Of a DNA stretch of 64,000 nt, positions 55,620 to 64,000 are shown piece by piece. The position numbers were made by a program, and so were the translations under genes. The notes beneath the pieces were generated by a model. The model was not told where the DNA came from and made no database searches. It worked only from the letters and a program-made list of their open reading frames with translations. Every line of letters begins with the position of its first letter. Positions within the stretch are counted from its first letter, which is position 1. Source of the DNA: Eledone cirrhosa (taxonomy: Eukaryota); the NCBI GenBank assembly GCA_964016885.1, contig OZ024761.1, positions 2,728,001 through 2,792,000 on the forward strand, given 5' to 3'.

Positions 55620-55923
55620 GTGCGCGGGGACAGAAATAATCGGGCTGGATGCCCGATCGCGCAGTTAAACCATGGGAGTGAAGAACCCCTAGCCCTTGTC
55701 AGGGCATTCTTCTAGGAGAAGGCATCTCAGGAAACTGGGTTAACTCCGACATAAAACCTGCGGCTCAGTAGTTACCGATGATGTTGATCTTTTCTTCTTT
55801 TCGGGTTATAGCTACTGTCGCTCAGAGAGTGGGATTGGTTCAGTGCACAGTCTTTTCTCACTTTAAAAATATTCGTCACGCACAGGCATTGCACGAGTGC
55901 ATTAATAATTATTAATAGTGTAC

Positions 55924-55962
<39 letters not shown>

Positions 55963-58900
55963 TATTATTACTTTTTTTTTTTTTTTTCCAATTCAATGAT
56001 GTTCCAGAACAATATAAAAGAGATAATTGGCAATTTAGGTTCTGGAACAAAAAAGATCATTGGCAATAAGGGCAGGGGCCCCAGGTTATCACAGCCTGGG
56101 CCCGCTCGTCATCGTGCCATTGTAATAGAGCCAAACAAGGCATTTAGTCTTGGCTGCTGGAACGTACGGATGCTGCTTGACAGGGATTCCTTGGAGCGTC
56201 CTGAACGAAGGACCGCTCTTGTTGCAAAGGAGCTTCGACGTTACGATCTTGACATCGTGGCTTTATCTGAGACGAGGCTAGCTGGAGATGGTCATCTTAC
56301 GGAATTTTGTGGAGAATATACATTCTTCTGGAAAGGAAGAGATGAAGGAACCAGAAGAGAGGCTGGGGTAGGATTTGCCGTTAAGACTGTGCTTGTGAAC
56401 AAATTAGAAGAATTCCCAGTAGGGATTAGTGAGCGTCTTATGTCCATGAGAGTTCGCTGGACAAGGGAAGATATGCTACCCTGGTGAGTGTGTATGCTCC
56501 AACTATGAGTTCTGTCGATGAGGAAAAGGTGTCCTTTTACCATGCCTTGAAAGGTGTTTTAAGAAATATCCCTCAGGCAGACAAAGTCATCGTGCTTGGT
56601 GACTTTAATGCTAGAGTGGGTAGGGATTTTAACACATGGAATGTAATCGGAAGGCATGGGGTGGGAAAGTGTAACAGCAATGGTATGCTCCTGCTGCAGA
56701 TGTGTGAGGAGCTGGATCTGTGTGTTACCAACACCATGTTCCAACAAAAGAAAAAATTCAAGACCACATGGATGCATCCTGCATCTAAGGAATGGCATCT
56801 TTTGGACTACGTCCTAGTCAGGATGCGTGACAGACAGGATGTGCAGTGTGTTCGTGTTCTTCGTGGAGCTGAGTGCTGGACGGACCACCGCCTGGTACGC
56901 GCAAAAGTGAAACTAATCACTAAACGTAAAATCCGGGCTCCTGGTGTTGCCCTGCCCAAAAGATTGAATGCTGCTCGTCTTAAGGATAAAAATGTGAAGA
57001 GGACATTGGAAGAAGAGATGCAGGCCGCAGATCTTGGTGAGGATTGGCCGACCCTTAAAAAGTCGGTTTATGATGTAGGCAGGCGTGTTCTGGGATTGGC
57101 GCAGAGGAAACATCAGGACTGGTTTGATGAGAATGATGTACATATAGAAGACTTGTTGGCTGATAAGAGGCGTGCTCTGTCACGCTACTTGACGGCAAAA
57201 CCACAGGAGAGGAATACGTTGCATGAGGAACTCAGGGATGTAAAATCACGTGTTAGGCGGAGTCTTTCTCAGATGAAGGATCAGTGGTGGAGTGAGAAGG
57301 CTGGTGAGATACAAACTGCGTCTGATTCCAATAACACAAAGCTGTTGTACAGTCTCTTGCGTGAGGTTTATGGACCGTCTTCTCTGGTGACACCGCTTCG
57401 CAACAAGGATGGCAAAGAACTTCTTCGTGACTTACAAGGAATTCTACGAAGGTGGCGAGAGCACTTTGATGATCTTTTGAATCAGCCGTCTGTCGTCAGT
57501 GAAGATTTCCTCAATCTCATTCCAGAAAGTCCTGTGAAAGTAGCTCTCGCAGAACCTCCGACGCTTGTGGAGGTTGCAGTGGCTATTTCGAAGCTGAACA
57601 GTGGAAGATCTCCAGGTATGGATGGCATACATGCTGAGCTCCTACAATATGGTGGTGAAGACTCCTGCAACATCTTCACTCTTTGTTTGGCAGGATATGG
57701 GCTAATGAATCCGTACCTGAGGACTGGAGAGATGCAGTAATGGTGGTCTTGTACAAGGGAAAGGGTAACAGGAACGATTGTGGGAACTACAGAGGTATAT
57801 CATTGCTTTCTGTCGTAGGGAAAGTTTTATGCAGGGTGCTTCTGGACCGTCTGCTGACACACATTGCAGATTGTGTTCTTCCTGAAAGTCAATCTGGTTT
57901 TCGTGCTGGACGCGGCACTACTGATATGATCTTCTCAGCTAGACAGCTCCAGGAGAAGTGCATGGAACAAGGCTTGGATCTGTATCTGGTTTTTGTCGAT
58001 CTGACAAAAGCTTTCGATACTGTTAACAGAGATGCATTATGGAAGGTTCTCCAGAAACTTGGTTGCCCTGATAAGTTCCTTGCTTTAGTTAGGTCTTTCC
58101 ATGACGACATCAAGGCTTGGGTTAATGTCGGGGGTAACATGTCGGAACCTATCTCAGTAAAAAATGGAGTGAAACAGGGGCATATTCCAGCACCGGCCCT
58201 GTTTGCCATATACGTTGCAATGGTTTTCTGTATTGCATTCAGGAATTGCGAGTATGGTGTTTACATCCGATATCGAACCTCAGGCAGCATATTTAACATC
58301 AGGCGCTTTGCTGCGAAGACAAAAGTATTTACATCAATCATAAGAGACCTCTTGTATGCAGATGATTGCGATCTTGTAGCGCACACAGAGAGTGATATGC
58401 AGCACATTTTGAATACATTTTCTGACGCTTGCACTGCCCTAGGTCTGACTGTCAGAAAACCGTCGTCATGTACCAACCTGCCCTGGTAAGCAGTACAGTG
58501 AACCCAATATCTATGTGTATGGCAAACGACTTGGAGTGGTTGATCAGTTTGTCTACCTGGGAAGCACTGTCAATCGATACAGCAACCTTGACAGTGAAAT
58601 CTCACTTAGGATTAGGAAAGCAAGTGATGCTTTCGGAAAGCTAGAAAGGCGACTCTGGGGTCGGCGAGATATATGCAGGAGGACAAAGGTAAAGGTGTAC
58701 AGGGCATGTGTGCTCTCTTGTCTTCTTTATGCCTGCGAGACCTGGGTCACATATCGACACCACCTTAAGCAATTGGAGCGTTTCCATCAGATGTGTCTCA
58801 GACGGATCCATGGCGTTCACTGGAGGGACCACATCAGTGATGTCGAGATTTTGGAAAGCTCTATGTGTGACAGTATAGAAGCTCTTGTGCTTAAGCAACG

Positions 58901-59729
58901 ACTCCGTTGGAGTGGTCACCTTGCCAGGATGAAGGATTCTAGAATACCAAAACAACTCTTTTATGGAGAGTTGGTTAAAGGAAAACGACCGCCACATAAA
59001 CCAAAAAAGAGGTATAAGGATTCCTTGAAAGCCTCTCTGAAAGACGCTAACATCTCTGCTGATACATGGGAAAATATTGCTGCTGATCGTAATAAATGGA
59101 GAAAGACTGTATATGAGGGTAAAGTTGCCTTTGAGGCATCTCGCATCGCATACGAGAAAGTAAAGCGGGATGTGAGGAAGGGCATTGCTGTTGCACTTCC
59201 AGACGGCGAGGGTCCTCCTATGGTGCTGACATGCAGCGTCTGTGCGAGACTCTGCCTAAGCAAACCTGGACTCGAAAGTCAACTTCGCAGTCATAAAGTA
59301 AGACCAGTGGTTGACTACCAGGCTGCTGTTGGAGATGCTACTCATGATGCTTGCCAAACATGTGGTAGAGAATGTAAATCAGCAGGAGGGCTCAAGCGAC
59401 ATGCAAAAGTACACGAACTCCAACCACAGCCGACTATTCCCAGTGAATGTTTTGGTTGCCGACTCTGTGCAAGACATTTTAGATAATTGGCTGGGCTAAA
59501 AAGCCACATTCGATCGCAGCGCTGTTAGTTGCTATCGTGTGTGTGTGTGTGTGTGTGTAGATGTGCTTATGTGTGTGCGTGTGTGTGTATATATATATGT
59601 ATATGTATATTATTATTGTTGTTGTCGTTATTATTATTGTTGTTATGATTATTATTATTATTATTGTTATTAATGTATGTGTGTGTATATGTGTGTGTGA
59701 GTGTGTGTATGTTTGTGTATATGTGTATG

Positions 59730-59784
<55 letters not shown>

Positions 59785-59895
59785 TTTTATATTTTTTATT
59801 TTTTTTTTATTTTTATTTATTTATTATTATTATTATTTTTTTTTTCTTTCTCGTGCAATGGCCATACTCGATAACGAGGGGGGTAGCCATCATCA
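55620..59895 (+). mobile_element. Near-full-length RTE-clade (BovB-like) LINE
   Basis: 5' UTR with ctaggagaagg motif, single APE-RT ORF, short 3' tail ending (CAT)n/(GTAT)n; the 3' UTR is split by a microsatellite block at ~59539-59850. Confidence 0.92.
55997..59528 (+). pseudogene. RTE APE endonuclease, RT and three C2H2 fingers; frameshifted
   Basis: GCWNVR, ALSETR, SVYAPT, GDFNAR, LLDYV, WTDHRL, NYRGISLL, QSGFR, FVDLTKAFD, GVKQG, LLYADD, FVYLGS, LRWSGH. Frameshifts near 56455, 57660 and 58450-58490; TAA at 59484. Confidence 0.93.
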
Positions 59896-60212
59896 TGTAT
59901 GTATGTATGTATGTATGTATGTATGTATGTATGTATGTATGTATGTATGTATGTATGTATGTATGTGTGTCTGTGTGTATGCATGTATGTATGTGTGTGT
60001 GTATATATGTATGTATGTGTGTCTGTGTGAGTGTGTGTATGTATGTGTGTGTGTGTGTGTAAGTATGTATGTGTGCATATGTATGTGTGTGTATGTATGA
60101 GTGTATGAATGTATGTATGTATATGTGTGTGTGTATGTATGTGTGTGTGTATGTGTGTGTGTGTGTGTGTATGTGTGTGTATGTATGTATATATGGGTGT
60201 ATATATATATTG

Positions 60213-60805
60213 CTGCTACTGGTAACATGTATCCCAGTACAACCTGTCTCATGGTCGGGTCGTTGGCGACTAAACTGGCAGCCCCACCCAAGTTTCTTGG
60301 TGAGGAGGGTGACTTTGGACATCCTGCAGGACTAAAAACAAAACCTGTCAAATGGTAAAGGAGCTCTTAAGAGTCAATGGCCATCCAAAATCACCGGGAG
60401 AGATGACCCCTTACCCTTTTGTCAAGGCAGAATTCTAGGAGAAGGAAAACTCTGATATAAACCTGCAACTCTGATGGTATCCAATGATGTTGACTTGTTC
60501 TTCTTTTTGGTAAATATCATCTTGGTTAAGAGAGTGGGACTGGCTTTGTGCAGTGCCTTTGCTCACTATAAAAGCTTCACGGCACAGGTATTGCTTTGTA
60601 TCTGGAGATCTCTCTGCACTTGTCATCACATGGTACCATGGGCCCAGCACTATGTGTCAATAATTGTCACAAGTGTAGTGTTTGTACCAGAGTTTTCAAG
60701 TCGCTGGCTGGACTAAAAAGTCACACTCGTTCAGCGCATCGGTAGGGGTTCTCCTACATGGATATAAAGTAGTGGCCGTACTCGAAAACGAGTTGGCAGC
60801 CACCA
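60213..60805 (+). mobile_element. RTE-derived non-autonomous element, second copy
   Basis: Nearly identical to 43637-44230. Confidence 0.82.
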
Positions 60806-60999
60806 TATATATATGTGTGTGTGTGTATGTATGTTGTGAAGGTGTTTGTGTGTTTGTGTGTGTGTGAGTGTGTCTGTCTGTTTTTGTGTGTCAGTGTGTG
60901 CGTGTCTGTGTATATATATCTGTAAATACGAGTGTACGGACACACACACACACACACGCACACACACACACACATATACATATAAAATGTGGGTATATT

Positions 61000-61477
61000 A
61001 AATATTATCCAATAACAAGTATGAGAATAGCTCAATGTAAAATAACAAATATATTACAGAGCCGAAATACTTTATATACAACAAAACAATCAAAGAGTGT
61101 TTTAGAGCATTTAATCAGTAACGATCGTTTCATCCAAGCACAAGGCCGGTTTGATCGGAGTATATAGTAATGGTTAAAACACAAATAAATTTGTCAAAGA
61201 AGATTTTAAGGATACACAATATAGGAAGTAAGCATAAGTATTAACATTCATATGAACAGATAACAAAGGTAGAAGAAGCCAATGAAAAATATGAGCATAT
61301 TTATACATATATATACAAGAAATGAAATTAGGAGCAGCTAAAAGCATTAAAAACGTTCTTTGACAAGTTTATTTGTGTTCTAACCTTTACTATATGCTCC
61401 GATGATTCCGGCCTTGTGCTTGGATGAAACGAACGTTAGTGATTAAATGTTCTAAAACACTCTTAGATTGTTATTTA
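61000..61477. mobile_element. Fold-back PLE-terminus element with two CCGAT(G/C)A HHR motifs
   Basis: Arms 61080-61202 and 61356-61476 with a ~150-bp spacer. HHR (+) at 61395-61441: tgct-CCGATGA-ttcc..tgga-t-GAAAC-GAAC-GTT-agtg. The tail ttacattgagctatt is shared with 1666-1680. Confidence 0.75.
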
Positions 61478-61496
61478 TAAAGTATATATATATATT

Positions 61497-62328
61497 AAAT
61501 GTTTTCAACCCTCCTTTCAACCTAAATGTCTCCACCAACATACCTAGGGCTTTCTTCTCACTACTAGATAAAAACTTCCCTCTAGGACACAAGTACCACA
61601 ACCTCTTAAACAAAAACACCATTAAAATCTCATACTCTACGACGCTTAACTTAGCATACCACATAGCTAGCAGCAATAATAGTAAAATTAGTTCTTACTT
61701 CCAACAAACAAAATCACAACGGGATGCAAACCCTCTAAATACCACTGTAGCAAGCAACAATAGCAACGGCAGTAACAATAGAAATAGCACTAGTATAAGT
61801 AATAACACCAGGGTTGTCAACCTGAACACCCAAAATCCTATATCCACCACACAGACTTCCGCATTGCATTATAACCAGCGGACTAACGCACAGAATAATT
61901 GTAACTGTAGAGCTAATAGAACCTGCCCTTTAGATAAAAAATGCCTAACCAAGGATGTCATATACTCATGCACAGTCACGACTAATAACTCTTCAGAAAC
62001 CTATGTAGGCTCCACTTCTAACTGCTTCAAAATTAGATATAACTCGCACATCCACTCGTTCAAAAAGCACAGCCTAGCCAACTCCACCTCACTTTCTAGC
62101 TACATACACTATCTAAAATCTAAAAATAAACCATACACACTCAAATGGGAAGTGATAGGCAGCGCGACCTCGTACAAACCACCTAATAAATTCTGTAACC
62201 TCTGTATACTAGAGACACACAATATTATCTTCTCCAACCGTAACCTACTTAACAAAAAATCTGAGGTGTTTGCAACTTGCCAGCACCGCCTCAGACATTC
62301 CTTCCAAAACTTTAAGCCCTATACATAG
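61497..62328 (+). pseudogene. 5'-truncated PLE ORF (linker and GIY-YIG), related to family B
   Basis: FNPPFNLNVSTNI..KISYS, CNCR..CPL..CL, VIYSCTV, YVGST..FKIRYNSH, CNLC, CQHR; no stops across the EN. Confidence 0.9.
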
Positions 62329-63860
62329 CAATGTCGGACTGGAACCTAACACCACATCTAGCATCAAACACCAGAGACACACCCTATACTACATACCCAA
62401 CACTAGCTGATCCATTATAACACAAACAACGACATCCCGCTGGAACCCTTCGCAGGGAAAATACCCATTTATACCTCTACGGCAGGTGTGACAACATCCA
62501 CCCACCTGGACGGCACTACACCGCTCTAAGGGTAATTTTGAGCATGAATTGATCGGTTGGATGGTGTTGGGCAGAGGAAACACCTTCCTTAGACAGATGT
62601 AAAATGATTTAATCGAGTAGCGCTGTTGACCAGTAGGACCGGGCTGCTGAGCGCAGTGAGTGAATGCAATGCAACTGCCGTGCGGGTTGTACGTATATGG
62701 ATGATCTGACGGTCAGAGAGGGGTCGCGAGGACTGCGGATTGACCTTTGGCCTGCCTGGGGACGATTATCTTTCGACATCCAATGTAGCAAGCGATGACC
62801 CAGATCTTACCAGAGATCATTGGGTCCTGAAGCAATCCTGCAATCACCGCGCCTGGTCATATGAGCAGACTACAACCACAGAGATCATTAATTTAGAATC
62901 CTCGCTCATCATCTATAATTTCCATTTGTAGCACCTTAAGATGGGTTAATCCACCTTAATAATAATATGATCACCTTCAGCATAATTTAGTTAAACTACT
63001 CTATAGTTAGTACACTTTATGCTTTAAAAGTCTCTCTTGGAAGGTGCACCTCACCATAGAATTCAGGGTCTATATTGGGACACATTTTAATGGCTAGATA
63101 TAGAAACCCCAGAGTTACCTCCCCGCATGCATTAACTCCCCTTAGCCACACACACACTTCCGGTATTCAATGGCGTCTCTCGAAACGTTACAACCTCCTG
63201 TATCGAACTAAAGAACACCAGACTACGATCTCTAACTGGATTGTCGTGGATTATGTGAAAGGCATATAATCAAAATATACACTCCCTTGACCATGAAAAT
63301 GCCGAAGTACATGAATTACTTGACATCCCTGCGCTGTGCATCTCCAATACTTATAACACTTTTAATGCTTGCACTATCTTTAATGCTTATAATATTTCTC
63401 CACACACAGACTATATCAATCATATAAAGACTTTGCCACCAGATCTACCAACCTAACACTCTTATTTACCTACCTAAGTGCCTCTACCACACATATCTCT
63501 CTGCCACACTATATAAACAAGACGCACATGCATGCCACACATATAACATTTGCACTATATAACCACTTATCTTCATGTTGTACTTTAACCTATATCTTTG
63601 ATTTTTGATTGTACCTATTAATATAAATGTAATCTCGAAGTGTGTACTGCCACTCTAAATTCTGTAATGAATGTTGACCCACAATGTTTGAATATGTATC
63701 AATGTTTGAATATGTATTGGTATGTCTCTCGGCTGAAAAGGAGGTCATATAACTGTCCATGCATTAATAAATTGCTCCGAAGAATCCAAACCTCGGTTTG
63801 GAGGAAACAGCTGTAAGCACAATAATGTTTTGAACAGTTCTTTGATTCTTATACTTCATA
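61497..63860 (+). mobile_element. 5'-truncated PLE with ~1.5-kb 3' region and terminal HHR
   Basis: HHR at 63773-63819: tgct-CCGAAGA-atccaaacc..ggtttggag-GAAAC-AGCT-GTA-agca, about 45 nt before (TA)n. Confidence 0.82.
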
Positions 63861-64000
63861 TATATATATATATATGTATGTGTGAATGTATGTATGTATG
63901 TATGTACTAGTATAGAACCATCTGGATTAAGACTCAGAATAGACTAAAGGGAAATTCACTGTAAAGCACTTTAAAATAAAGAACTTCATTAGAACATCCC

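Overview
Repeat-saturated, AT-rich eukaryotic DNA with no intact host gene. The SINE families and the very long (TA)n, (CA)n and (TATG)n tracts suggest an octopus or other coleoid cephalopod (inference, not searched). Most listed ORFs are artefacts of micro- and minisatellites. The real coding remnants are at least three families of Penelope-like elements (PLEs; RT plus C-terminal GIY-YIG), a near-full-length frameshifted RTE LINE with three C-terminal C2H2 fingers, RTE-derived non-autonomous elements, and fragments of a Helitron and an R4/Dong LINE. There are also many tRNA-type SINEs and six minisatellites. The main hidden signal is about 30 hammerhead-ribozyme (HHR) motifs, intact or degenerate, found by eye on both strands. 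They occur (i) at PLE 3' ends, (ii) in short non-coding fold-back elements in or beside (TA)n tracts, each carrying two head-to-head ribozymes, and (iii) in a ~415-nt non-coding tandem unit resembling a retrozyme, present three times. Larger PLE insertions share the head-to-head geometry, including an inter-family chimera.
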